NCBI GenBank assembly: GCA_039799785.1
Contig: JBDLRZ010000013.1
Coordinates: 6,072 to 70,071, forward strand
DNA: 64,000 bases
Direction: 5' to 3'
Origin: Bacillota bacterium
GTDB lineage: Bacteria > Bacillota_I > Bacilli_A > RFN20 > CAG-826
This document shows, piece after piece, positions 56,083 to 64,000 of the stretch (the first letter of the stretch is position 1; every line of letters starts with the position of its first letter). The position numbers were made by a program, and so were the translations under genes. The notes under the pieces are model-generated. The model was not told the origin of the DNA. It worked only from the letters and a program-made list of their open reading frames with translations, and did no database searches.

Positions 56083-56906
56083 TATTTTTTTACTTCCTTT
56101 AGCTCGAGTAATTCACTGATCGCCATCTGTTGAATATTTAATTTAACCACTTTTTCCAATAATGAATTTTGAGAATAATCGGCTTCGCAAACAAAATTGA
56201 CTCGTTCATCTTGAATTAAAAGTTTTGCTTTCTCGATATGACCTTTTGAATAAACTGCAATTGATTTACCACCATGTTCTTTGGCCATTAGCATAGCAGG
56301 CACATCCGTTAATCCATCCCCAATGTAAATGAGGTTACGATATTTGATACGCTTTTCTTTAGTTCTTTCGTTTACTTTGTCATCTTCAGATTGGTTTAAA
56401 ATTCCCTTGGCAATTCTAAAAAAATATTGTGTTTTCATTGTGTAATTAATGGCTATTTTTGGCCAGATTGCCTCATGAGAATCTTGAGAAAACAAAAACT
56501 CACAACCAAAAATTTTAGTAAACTCTTTCGCAATTTTTGTGCCATCAATAATTTCTTTAGTTCCTGAAGTAATAATGTAATGCTCAACCTCTACACCTTG
56601 ACTGTCAGCAAAATTTTTAATTCTTTTAAACCAGGTTTCTAAACCAGGAAAAAATTTCACGCGATTACCAAGAGAAAACAAATATTCCTTCGTAAGCTTA
56701 ATGCCTCGTTTTTTACTTTCCTCTATCATCATGTACATATAAGAGAGGATTTTTTCCATACCAGTCTTTATAGAATTTTGATTTGTTTTTTCCCAAAATT
56801 CTTCTGGTTTCATACCTAAAGAAGGGATAAAACTGAAATTTTGTAAGTCCTCAATTGCCAATGTGCGATCAAAATCATAAATAATTCCAATAATGGGTTT
56901 TTTCAT
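56082..56906 (-). CDS. HAD-superfamily hydrolase/phosphatase
   Basis: Motif I IYDFDRTLA (DxDxT), motif II ITSGT, motif III-IV K...YIGDGLTDVPAM. TAATG overlap with the downstream cytidylyltransferase. Confidence 0.7.
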   Translation of the reverse strand: MKKPIIGIIYDFDRTLAIEDLQNFSFIPSLGMKPEEFWEKTNQNSIKTGMEKILSYMYMMIEESKKRGIKLTKEYLFSLGNRVKFFPGLETWFKRIKNFADSQGVEVEHYIITSGTKEIIDGTKIAKEFTKIFGCEFLFSQDSHEAIWPKIAINYTMKTQYFFRIAKGILNQSEDDKVNERTKEKRIKYRNLIYIGDGLTDVPAMLMAKEHGGKSIAVYSKGHIEKAKLLIQDERVNFVCEADYSQNSLLEKVVKLNIQQMAISELLELKEVKK

Positions 56907-57022
56907 AGTTTTATTCTACCATAAAACACTTAAACATAAGATAAAATTACGCTAATATCACGATTTCTTAAGATTTTTGAATATTAATTTAACCCAAGGT
57001 AAATGTCAAAAAAATGCAATTA

Positions 57023-57031
57023 TGTTATAAT
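57023..57031 (+). promoter_or_regulatory. Extended -10 element (TGtTATAAT) just upstream of the 57041 gene
   Basis: Perfect TGnTATAAT ends 9 nt before ATG 57041, implying a very short leader or none. Confidence 0.35.
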
Positions 57032-57040
57032 TTTGGAGTC

Positions 57041-57568
57041 ATGGAACCCTTAGAAATTCTCGTATTAGTGGTCATTGTTATCATAGGAATTTATTTAACT
57101 CTATCTATTTTCTTTGCCTTTCAAATGCGAAGTTTTTATACACAATTATCCAAAAGAAAGGATGCAATTGATGTTTTAACCGCGCAAAAATATGATCTTC
57201 TGAGAATGATTGGTAAATTATTTGTTCGTCATCAAATTGATGTCCCCCAAGAATTTATTCTTTCAAAAAGACCTCGGTTTGAAGATACACTTCAAAACAT
57301 CAAGGATACTGAACGAACCATCGTGAAAAGTTTTTTAGTTCAGACTTCACAAGCACTCTTTTATTACGGTGAACAAAATCAAGCATTATCAGTCAATCCT
57401 GAATATGTTTCTTTGAAGAAATCCTTAGCTGAAATTGATGAATTGTTCCGAAAACAAGTTGCAATTTTTAATGCATTAGCGACCAATTACAATTGGTGGC
57501 AAAAATTCATTTTATACCGATGGGTATCGCTTCTTTTTAGACATCAAATCAAAGAATTAATTTCGTAA
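57041..57568 (+). CDS. LemA-like membrane-anchored protein
   Basis: Start taken at MEPLEILVLVVIVIIGIYL (the ORF opens at 57014). One N-terminal TM helix, then a helical body ending in AIFNALATNYNWWQKF, which is reminiscent of LemA (R..YN..V..YN). Confidence 0.4.
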   Translation: MEPLEILVLVVIVIIGIYLTLSIFFAFQMRSFYTQLSKRKDAIDVLTAQKYDLLRMIGKLFVRHQIDVPQEFILSKRPRFEDTLQNIKDTERTIVKSFLVQTSQALFYYGEQNQALSVNPEYVSLKKSLAEIDELFRKQVAIFNALATNYNWWQKFILYRWVSLLFRHQIKELIS

Positions 57569-57584
57569 AAAAAGAGGAATTTAT

Positions 57585-59180
57585 ATGAAAAAGCCTGTAA
57601 TTCTTGTCATCATGGATGGTTATGGTATTCGAAAAGAAACGTATGGTAATGCCATTGCCAAAGCTAAGAAACCTAATCTTGATCGATATTTTGCAAAATA
57701 TCCCTACACTCAAATTCAAGCCTCTGGTTTAAACGTTGGATTACCCGATGGTCAGATGGGTAACTCTGAGGTAGGTCATCTTAATATTGGTGCAGGAAGA
57801 ATCGTATACCAATCCCTAACCCTTATAGACCAAGCGATCAAAGACGGGACTTTTTATCAAAACAAAAAGTATTTATCGGCGATGGAATGGGCAAAATCTA
57901 AAGGAAAAAAACTTCATATTATTGGATTGGTTTCGGATGGTGGCGTTCATTCTCATTTAACGCATCTTCAAGCCATCATTAAGCTTGCCGCAAAACAAGA
58001 AGTTCCGAATGTTTATTTCCACGCACTTATGGATGGTCGCGATGTTGCCCCTCAACTTGGGGAAAACTATATCAAGACTTTATTGAGCACGATGCAGGAA
58101 TATAAAACGGGTCAACTTGCTTCTATCGGTGGTCGATATTATGCGATGGATCGAGATAAAAACCTTAATCGAGTTGCAAAAGCTTATGATGTCATGGTTG
58201 AACATCGAGGTCCTAGTTTCAAGGATTATCGCCAATACTTTAAAGATCAATATCAAAACCTTCCCAAAGAAGGTAAAGATCCAAGTGATGAATTTTTAAT
58301 TCCCGCTTTTGCTGAGGGCGTACAAGGTAAGATTGAAGATGGCGATGCCGTTATCTTCATGAACTTTAGACCTGATCGCGCGATTCAATTTTGTACGCTT
58401 TTGACCAATCCTACTTTTTATTCGAACCCCCCAATAAAAGAAGGTAAACCATCATGGGTAGCTTATCAACCAACAAAATCACTTCAAAATATCATGCTAA
58501 TCCAAACCATGAAGTATGCAGATTCTGTGAAAGGTGAAATTGCTTTTAAATTACCAAGTTTGGATAACACGCTTGGACCTTGGTTAGCTTCGCATGGAAA
58601 ATCACAATTAAGGGTTGCCGAAACCGAAAAGTATCCTCACGTCACTTTTTTCTTCGATGGAACAATCAATTATGATGGTGTAGAAAAACCAGAATTACCA
58701 GGCTCGAGAAGGGTGCTCATCAATTCACCTAAAGTTGCCACCTATGACCTTCAACCAGAAATGAGCGCTTATGAAGTTCGAGATGCAGTCATGAAAGAAT
58801 TGAATAAAGGTGATCTTGATGTTGTCATCATTAATTATGCAAATTGCGACATGGTCGGACACACAGCAGTAGAAAAAGCTGTTATTAAATCCGTTGAAGT
58901 TGTCGATGAATGTGTTGGATCCATTATCGATTGGTGTGATCGTCATGGTGGAAAACTAATCGTAACCGCTGACCATGGAAATGCAGATCAAATTCTAACC
59001 GAAGATGGTAAGCCTCATACTGCTCACACTACCAATTTAGTTCCGGTCTGCATTAATATTCCAGGCCTGCGTTTAATGCCGACAGGTGGTAAATTAGGTA
59101 ACCTTGCTCCTACCATCCTTGATCTACTAGGATTAGAAAAACCTATTGAAATGACCGAGAAAAGTCTTATTATTAAGTAA
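57585..59180 (+). CDS. gpmI: 2,3-bisphosphoglycerate-independent phosphoglycerate mutase
   Basis: VILVIMDGYG, GNSEVGHLNIGAGR, ETEKYPHVTFFFDG, NYANCDMVGH, TADHGN. Confidence 0.95.
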   Translation: MKKPVILVIMDGYGIRKETYGNAIAKAKKPNLDRYFAKYPYTQIQASGLNVGLPDGQMGNSEVGHLNIGAGRIVYQSLTLIDQAIKDGTFYQNKKYLSAMEWAKSKGKKLHIIGLVSDGGVHSHLTHLQAIIKLAAKQEVPNVYFHALMDGRDVAPQLGENYIKTLLSTMQEYKTGQLASIGGRYYAMDRDKNLNRVAKAYDVMVEHRGPSFKDYRQYFKDQYQNLPKEGKDPSDEFLIPAFAEGVQGKIEDGDAVIFMNFRPDRAIQFCTLLTNPTFYSNPPIKEGKPSWVAYQPTKSLQNIMLIQTMKYADSVKGEIAFKLPSLDNTLGPWLASHGKSQLRVAETEKYPHVTFFFDGTINYDGVEKPELPGSRRVLINSPKVATYDLQPEMSAYEVRDAVMKELNKGDLDVVIINYANCDMVGHTAVEKAVIKSVEVVDECVGSIIDWCDRHGGKLIVTADHGNADQILTEDGKPHTAHTTNLVPVCINIPGLRLMPTGGKLGNLAPTILDLLGLEKPIEMTEKSLIIK

Positions 59181-59204
59181 ATGCATTTGCATGGAGGCAA
59201 AAAA

Positions 59205-60914
59205 ATGACAAAAGTACTCAAATTTAGTGAATATCCATTACACTTACCCAAATTTCCTAAGCTTGAAAAGAAATTTAACTCGTTAATTTCCGAATTTGAA
59301 TCTGCTCCTAATGCTCAATTCCAACGCCGTATCATGAATAAAATTGGTAAATTCTTTGATGAAATTCAAACTGACTTTACCATTATTACAACACGGCATT
59401 CTATTGATACCCGTGATGAAACTTACAAGAAAGCGAACGATCTAGTTAATGAAGTTGGACCGATGGTACAAGGTTTAGGAAACCGCTACTCTAAATCTGT
59501 TTTGGCTAGTAAGCATCGCGTTGAATTAGAAAAATTAGTTGGCTCTTTTTTATTCAAAAAATTAGAATTAGCCGCTAAAACCTTTGATCAGAAAATCCTT
59601 CAAGACTTACAAGAAGAAAACAAATTAACAACCGAATATGATGCCTTGATGGCAAGTGCTCAAATTCCATTTGATGGTGGCACTTATAATCTTTCACAAA
59701 TGGGAAAATTCGCTGTTAGTAAAGATCGTGACATTCGCAAAAGAGCCAGTAAAGCAGTTGAAAATTGGATGGCTGAAAAAGAACAACCACTTGCAGACAT
59801 TTACAGTAAATTAGTGACTTTAAGACATGGAATGGCAAAGAAACTAGGTTATCCTTCGTTTACCCATATGGCATATGACCGAATGGGCAGAACGGATTAT
59901 GGTCCAAAAGAAGTGAAATCCTATCGCGATCAAATTTTTGAATCCGTTGTTCCACTATCCAATAAACTCATTCGCCAACAAATTAAGCGAATCGATGTGC
60001 CAGCTCCAAAGTTCTATGACTTAGCGATTCAATTCAAAGATGGAAACGCCACCCCAAAAGGTGATAAAAACTATCTAGTTAACGCTGCCTTGAAGATGTA
60101 TAGCAAAATGGGCCAAGAAATTGGTGAATTCTTCCAAGCGATGGTCACTCAAGAATTATTAGATTTAGAAGCAAAACCTGGTAAGCGTGGTGGAGGTTAT
60201 ATGACCTTCTTCCCTCGTTATCAAATGCCATTTGTCTTCTCTAACTTCAATGGCACCGCAGGTGATGTTGATGTCTTAACCCATGAAATCGGTCACGCAT
60301 TCCAAGGTTACATGTCTAGAAAAATTAAGCCAGTTGAATATCGAGATCCAACCATGGAAGAAGCAGAAATTCATTCGATGTCTATGGAATTTTTCGCCAC
60401 TCCTTACATGGAATCCTTCTTTAAAGAAGATAAAGATAAATACTTATTTGGACATTTAGAAGGTGCGATTAACTTCTTACCATATGGTGTTACCGTTGAT
60501 GAATTTCAACATTGGGTTTATGACAATCCTACTGCCACGCATGATCAACGTTGTGCTAAATGGCGCGAAATTGAAATGAAGTATACCCCATATAAGAAAT
60601 ACACAGGTTTCCCACTTTACGAAAAGGGCACACGTTGGATGCGCCAATCTCACATCTATGGTGCACCATTTTATTACATTGATTACACATTAGCCCAAGT
60701 GATCGCATTGCAGTTCTTAGGCTTAATGAAGAAAAATCATGAAAAAGCTTGGAAGAAGTATGTCAAGGTTTGTTCGTTAGGTGGTAAGTATCCATTTACG
60801 CAACTTTTAGACAAGGCAAAGTTAAAGAATCCATTCCTCGAAGGAACCATTAAGAAAACGTTTAGACCTGTTAAAAAGATTTTAAAGACTTACGGCGAAT
60901 CTTTTAAAGCCTAA
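59205..60914 (+). CDS. pepF: M3-family oligoendopeptidase (PepF-like)
   Basis: Start moved to MTKVLKF (GGAGGC RBS). Zinc motif THEIGHAF followed by a downstream E (EEAEIHSM). Confidence 0.8.
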   Translation: MTKVLKFSEYPLHLPKFPKLEKKFNSLISEFESAPNAQFQRRIMNKIGKFFDEIQTDFTIITTRHSIDTRDETYKKANDLVNEVGPMVQGLGNRYSKSVLASKHRVELEKLVGSFLFKKLELAAKTFDQKILQDLQEENKLTTEYDALMASAQIPFDGGTYNLSQMGKFAVSKDRDIRKRASKAVENWMAEKEQPLADIYSKLVTLRHGMAKKLGYPSFTHMAYDRMGRTDYGPKEVKSYRDQIFESVVPLSNKLIRQQIKRIDVPAPKFYDLAIQFKDGNATPKGDKNYLVNAALKMYSKMGQEIGEFFQAMVTQELLDLEAKPGKRGGGYMTFFPRYQMPFVFSNFNGTAGDVDVLTHEIGHAFQGYMSRKIKPVEYRDPTMEEAEIHSMSMEFFATPYMESFFKEDKDKYLFGHLEGAINFLPYGVTVDEFQHWVYDNPTATHDQRCAKWREIEMKYTPYKKYTGFPLYEKGTRWMRQSHIYGAPFYYIDYTLAQVIALQFLGLMKKNHEKAWKKYVKVCSLGGKYPFTQLLDKAKLKNPFLEGTIKKTFRPVKKILKTYGESFKA

Positions 60915-60932
60915 ATCGATAGAATCAAAAGA

Positions 60933-60964
60933 AAAACTTAAGGCTATCACCTTAAGTTTTTTTA
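60933..60964 (+). terminator. Rho-independent terminator after pepF
   Basis: 7-bp stem cttaagg/ccttaag, loop ctatca, followed by ttttttt. Confidence 0.7.
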
Positions 60965-61034
60965 TTTTTCAAACATAGCAAATAGGAAATTGAATTGTCA
61001 AGAAAATCATTTAATTTTTTCTAGATAAATTCTC

Positions 61035-61061
61035 TTTACAATTGTTTCTCTATGGTATTAT
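61035..61061 (+). promoter_or_regulatory. Candidate promoter of the ABC importer operon (TTTACA-15-TGgTATTAT)
   Basis: -35-like TTTACA at 61035-61040 and the extended -10 TGgTATTAT at 61053-61061. Overlapped by the palindrome TATGGT-N8-ACCATA. Confidence 0.35.
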
Positions 61062-61098
61062 AAAACCATAACTTATTTATATATCTGGAGGCTCATGC

Positions 61099-62673
61099 AT
61101 GGAAGTAAGATTAGAAAACTTAACCAAAGTTTTTGAAAGTAAAAATTCTGCCCGAACTATTGCTGTCAATCAATTTAATTTTACCATTCCAGATGGCAAA
61201 CTCGTAGGTCTTTTAGGGCCTTCAGGATGTGGTAAGTCAACGACTTTGTACATGATTTCTGGCTTACTATATCCAACTCATGGAAGAATCTTCTTTGGTG
61301 ATGAAGATGTCACTGAACTCTCTCCAGAACAACGTGGCATTGGTTTAGTCTTTCAGAATTATGCACTTTATCCACATATGACTGTCAGAAAAAATATTTT
61401 GTTCCCTTTGGAAAACATGAATCTTAAAAAGAAGGCGATTGAAGATGCTATACAGCTTGCAAATATCACCATTTCACCTAAAGAAGCAAAACGTTATTAT
61501 CAATTCGTCAAAGAAAGCACAAGTTTAAAAAATAAATTTAAACGTTTAGAAAGCGAAGCAAAAGCCGTTTATCAATCCAAATTAATTGATTTAGCAAAAG
61601 CAAAACAACTAAAAGAAACATCGAAAACGTCTCATGCATCACTTCAACAAGCGTTTAAAGAACAAGTAAAAGATTTTAAAACACAATATGAAAAAGAATT
61701 GTTAAAAATCAGTCCTGAAAATCTTAAAGATCTCGTTTCAAAAATGAACGATGCTTATGCTGCAATCGAAAAGCCATATTTAAAACAAAAACAATCGCTG
61801 AAGTTACAATTGTTATTAAATCCGATGAATTGGTTTCATTTTAATGATCACTTCTGGAAAGCATTAAAACCAATCGTTCCTGAAACCATTAAACAAGTAG
61901 AAGAAGCGCGTTATAAAGACTACCAAAAATTGATGCATGATGAAGCAGTTGCGATGGCTAAGTTAGTGGGAATTGAGGACCAGCTAAACAAGCGACCCGC
62001 ACAATTATCAGGTGGTCAGCAACAACGTGTTGCCATCGCTAGAGCCTTAGTTAAAAAACCCAAAGTTCTCTTACTTGATGAACCTTTATCGAACCTAGAT
62101 GCTCGCCTAAGACTTCAAACTAGAGAAGAAATTAAGCGTATTCAAAAAGAAATTGGTATTACAACTGTCTTCGTCACCCACGATCAAGAAGAGGCGATGT
62201 CCATTTCAGATGAAATCGTATTGATGAATTTTGGGGCTGAACAACAAAAAGGAAATCCCCAAGACGTTTATAATCAGCCTGCTAACTTATTTGTTGCTAA
62301 ATTTTTAGGCACACCTCAACTCAATCTATATCAAGGTACTTTAAAGAGTGGAAAAGTCATGCTCCAAGATCAAGTTGTCTTCGAATCTAGCGCCCTCAAA
62401 AATAAGTCCATGGATGAAGTCTTGATTGGCGTTCGTCCTGAAGGATATGAAATGGATGAAAAAGGGACCCTCACTCTTCAACCACAATTTATTGAAATGA
62501 TAGGAAGGGATGTCTCACTCGTGGCAAGCCATCCTCAAGCCCAAACACCAAGTATTCGCATTATTTTAAATAGCGATGACTTTTCAGTCAAACCTAAGCA
62601 ATCAATCAAGGTTAAATTGAAACCACATAAAACTTTTATTTTTGAAAAAGCGACGGGTCGGAGATTAGCATAA
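61099..62673 (+). CDS. MalK/UgpC/MsmK-type ABC importer ATPase with a helical insertion of about 160 aa
   Basis: GPSGCGKST, Q-loop VFQNYALYPHMTV, LSGGQQQRVAIARAL, LLLDEPLSNLD, VTHDQ, and a C-terminal TOBE-like regulatory domain. 524 aa versus about 360-370 for canonical members. Confidence 0.85.
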   Translation: MEVRLENLTKVFESKNSARTIAVNQFNFTIPDGKLVGLLGPSGCGKSTTLYMISGLLYPTHGRIFFGDEDVTELSPEQRGIGLVFQNYALYPHMTVRKNILFPLENMNLKKKAIEDAIQLANITISPKEAKRYYQFVKESTSLKNKFKRLESEAKAVYQSKLIDLAKAKQLKETSKTSHASLQQAFKEQVKDFKTQYEKELLKISPENLKDLVSKMNDAYAAIEKPYLKQKQSLKLQLLLNPMNWFHFNDHFWKALKPIVPETIKQVEEARYKDYQKLMHDEAVAMAKLVGIEDQLNKRPAQLSGGQQQRVAIARALVKKPKVLLLDEPLSNLDARLRLQTREEIKRIQKEIGITTVFVTHDQEEAMSISDEIVLMNFGAEQQKGNPQDVYNQPANLFVAKFLGTPQLNLYQGTLKSGKVMLQDQVVFESSALKNKSMDEVLIGVRPEGYEMDEKGTLTLQPQFIEMIGRDVSLVASHPQAQTPSIRIILNSDDFSVKPKQSIKVKLKPHKTFIFEKATGRRLA

Positions 62674-63599
62674 TGTTAGATCACAAGCGCGATCTTAAAG
62701 CGTGGTTATATCTGATCATACCTTTATTTCTTCTTACTATTTTTACGTTTTATCCATTAATAAAAACCTTCTTAATTTCTTTATTTTCAGAATATAATGC
62801 ACTCACGGATGACTTTGGACGATACTTTGATTTCTACGCTTATACAGCGATTTTTAACGATCGTTTTTTCATGAATGCATTAAGCAATACCTTGGTCATT
62901 GTTTTTGTTTCAGTTCCAGCATCTACCGTCCTGGCTCTACTGATAGCCGTGAGTTTAAATTCGATAAAACCATTACAAAAAATATTTCAAACGATCTTTT
63001 TTATCCCTTATGTCACCAATGCTCTTGCGATTGGGATGGTATTTAATGTGATGTTTTCTCATCCCTTAGTTGGTGGTGTTGCCGCAGAGGGCTTAATCAA
63101 TACATTGTTTCAAACGGCCATTGATTGGGTCGGCCCAACTGCAACTGTAGAACGTTGGAGAACTGTGGTTTTGGTCTACACCATCTGGAGCGCATTGCCC
63201 TTTAAAATTCTTGTCTTTATAGGCGGTCTACAAAATATTTCTAAACAATATTACGATGCAGCGAAAATTGATGCAGCACCGAAATGGAAAGTGATGACAA
63301 GAATCACCATTCCTTTATTGTCACCAATTATCAGCTACATTCTCATCACTTCATTTATTGGATCGTTTAAAGCTTATGAATCAGTATTATCGGTCGTAGG
63401 TAGTGTCGGTAGAAGTTTAGATCGTAACCGGTGGACAGCGGTTGCATACGTCTATGACAAAATTGGTATTTCAGGTTTAGATATCAATAACATTTCTTAC
63501 TATTCTAGAGGAGCTGCTGCGGCTGTTGTTTTATTTTTCATCATTATGATTTTTACTTTTTTGAATTTGTATATTTCAAAAAAGACCGTTCATTATTAA
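62673..63599 (+). CDS. ABC importer permease (MalF/UgpA-type, binding-protein-dependent family)
   Basis: Six TM helices and an EAA-loop region (YYDAAKIDAAPKWKVMTRITIPLL). TAATG overlap with the ATPase gene. Confidence 0.85.
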   Translation: MLDHKRDLKAWLYLIIPLFLLTIFTFYPLIKTFLISLFSEYNALTDDFGRYFDFYAYTAIFNDRFFMNALSNTLVIVFVSVPASTVLALLIAVSLNSIKPLQKIFQTIFFIPYVTNALAIGMVFNVMFSHPLVGGVAAEGLINTLFQTAIDWVGPTATVERWRTVVLVYTIWSALPFKILVFIGGLQNISKQYYDAAKIDAAPKWKVMTRITIPLLSPIISYILITSFIGSFKAYESVLSVVGSVGRSLDRNRWTAVAYVYDKIGISGLDINNISYYSRGAAAAVVLFFIIMIFTFLNLYISKKTVHY

Positions 63600-63609
63600 G
63601 GAGTTTGAT

Positions 63610-64000
63610 ATGGCACAAGCAATTCAATTAAGAAACAATCAAAACTATCAATTTGATCAAAAACTAAAAATTCAAAGAACAGGTCAATTATTTCGAAATG
63701 TAGTGCTTTATACTTTTTTAACCGTGATGGCCTTCGTGGTGATTGTTCCTTTTTATTGGATGTTGAATGTTTCCTTTCAAAGTAGCAATGAAGTATTGAA
63801 CTCATTAAATGTAAGTTTTTTTCCAAAAGTATTTTCTCCACAAAACTATACGAATGTGTTTCTTTATAGTTCCGCGGCTCAAGGAAATATTGATTTTAGC
63901 CGCTATTTGTTTAACACAATCCTCGTTGCTTTTTTTACAACTTTAGGTGGTACGTTCTTTTCAATTCTTGTGGCATTTGCCCTGGCAAGGTTAAATTTCA
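63610..64000 (+). CDS. ABC importer permease (MalG/UgpE-type), 5' part; runs off the right edge
   Basis: TAAGGAG RBS at 63596-63602, then ATG 63610. Translation MAQAIQLRNNQNYQFDQKLKIQRTGQLFRNVVLYTFLTVMAFVVIVPFYWML... is typical of MalG-type permease N-termini. Confidence 0.8.
   Translation, partial: MAQAIQLRNNQNYQFDQKLKIQRTGQLFRNVVLYTFLTVMAFVVIVPFYWMLNVSFQSSNEVLNSLNVSFFPKVFSPQNYTNVFLYSSAAQGNIDFSRYLFNTILVAFFTTLGGTFFSILVAFALARLNF

Noticed and set aside
63596-63841. 81-aa minus-strand ORF
   Set aside because: It is antisense to the start of the MalG-type permease gene, which has a strong RBS and the typical N-terminus (PFYWML). No independent support.
1-64000. Whole-window look for CRISPR repeats, IS elements, integrases, prophage, restriction-modification, toxin-antitoxin or other defence modules
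   Set aside because: I found no direct-repeat arrays and no transposase, recombinase or phage-like ORFs. Every ORF over 60 aa that is not nested is accounted for by housekeeping or transporter functions. I cannot run a systematic repeat search by eye, so short dispersed repeats could have been missed.

Overview
AT-rich, densely packed bacterial chromosomal segment with about 70 CDS, a 5-tRNA operon and RNase P RNA. It reads cleanly with the standard genetic code: TGA is used as a stop (12645-12647, 22939-22941, 42055-42057) and Trp is TGG.

Content and order are Bacillota-type core housekeeping:
- a heterodimeric ABC exporter and a glycolipid-type GT4 locus
- recX-yhaM, two PrsA-like lipoproteins, sufCDSUB
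- mnmG-rsmG-parA-parB, and fer/cmk/der/gpsA/hup
- cca-like/dnaD/nth/recU/gpsB-like/rnpB
- pgsA-cinA-recA-rny-ymdB-miaB-ymcA-mutS-mutL-miaA
- csp, ychF-gltX-argS-rpoE-fba, pgi, gpmI, pepF, and a sugar-type ABC importer running off the right edge

The arrangement looks streamlined. As I recall the Bacillus subtilis order, ponA is missing between nth and recU, rpsA between cmk and der, and hfq after miaA. Many genes overlap by 1-20 nt, and several products are lipobox lipoproteins. I infer a standard-code Mollicute (Acholeplasma-like) or a close wall-reduced relative, but I cannot prove this from the sequence.

I saw no CRISPR array, transposase, integrase, prophage, toxin-antitoxin pair or recognisable defence genes, and no large unexplained intergenic block. 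I do not see a compelling brand-new system.

The most unusual items are:
- a translationally coupled pair of MacB-type NBD-FtsX fusion proteins with large unrecognisable extracytoplasmic domains (40.3-44.7 kb)
- a roughly 160-aa Lys-rich insertion inside a MalK/UgpC-type ATPase
- a ParB with a degenerate CTP-binding arginine patch
- a 222-aa minimal CCA-enzyme-like protein
- a GpsB-like protein retained where ponA is absent
- a tRNA-Lys with a C1:G72 first pair

CDS coordinates include the stop codon. Several ORF-track starts were moved to internal starts on RBS or homology grounds.
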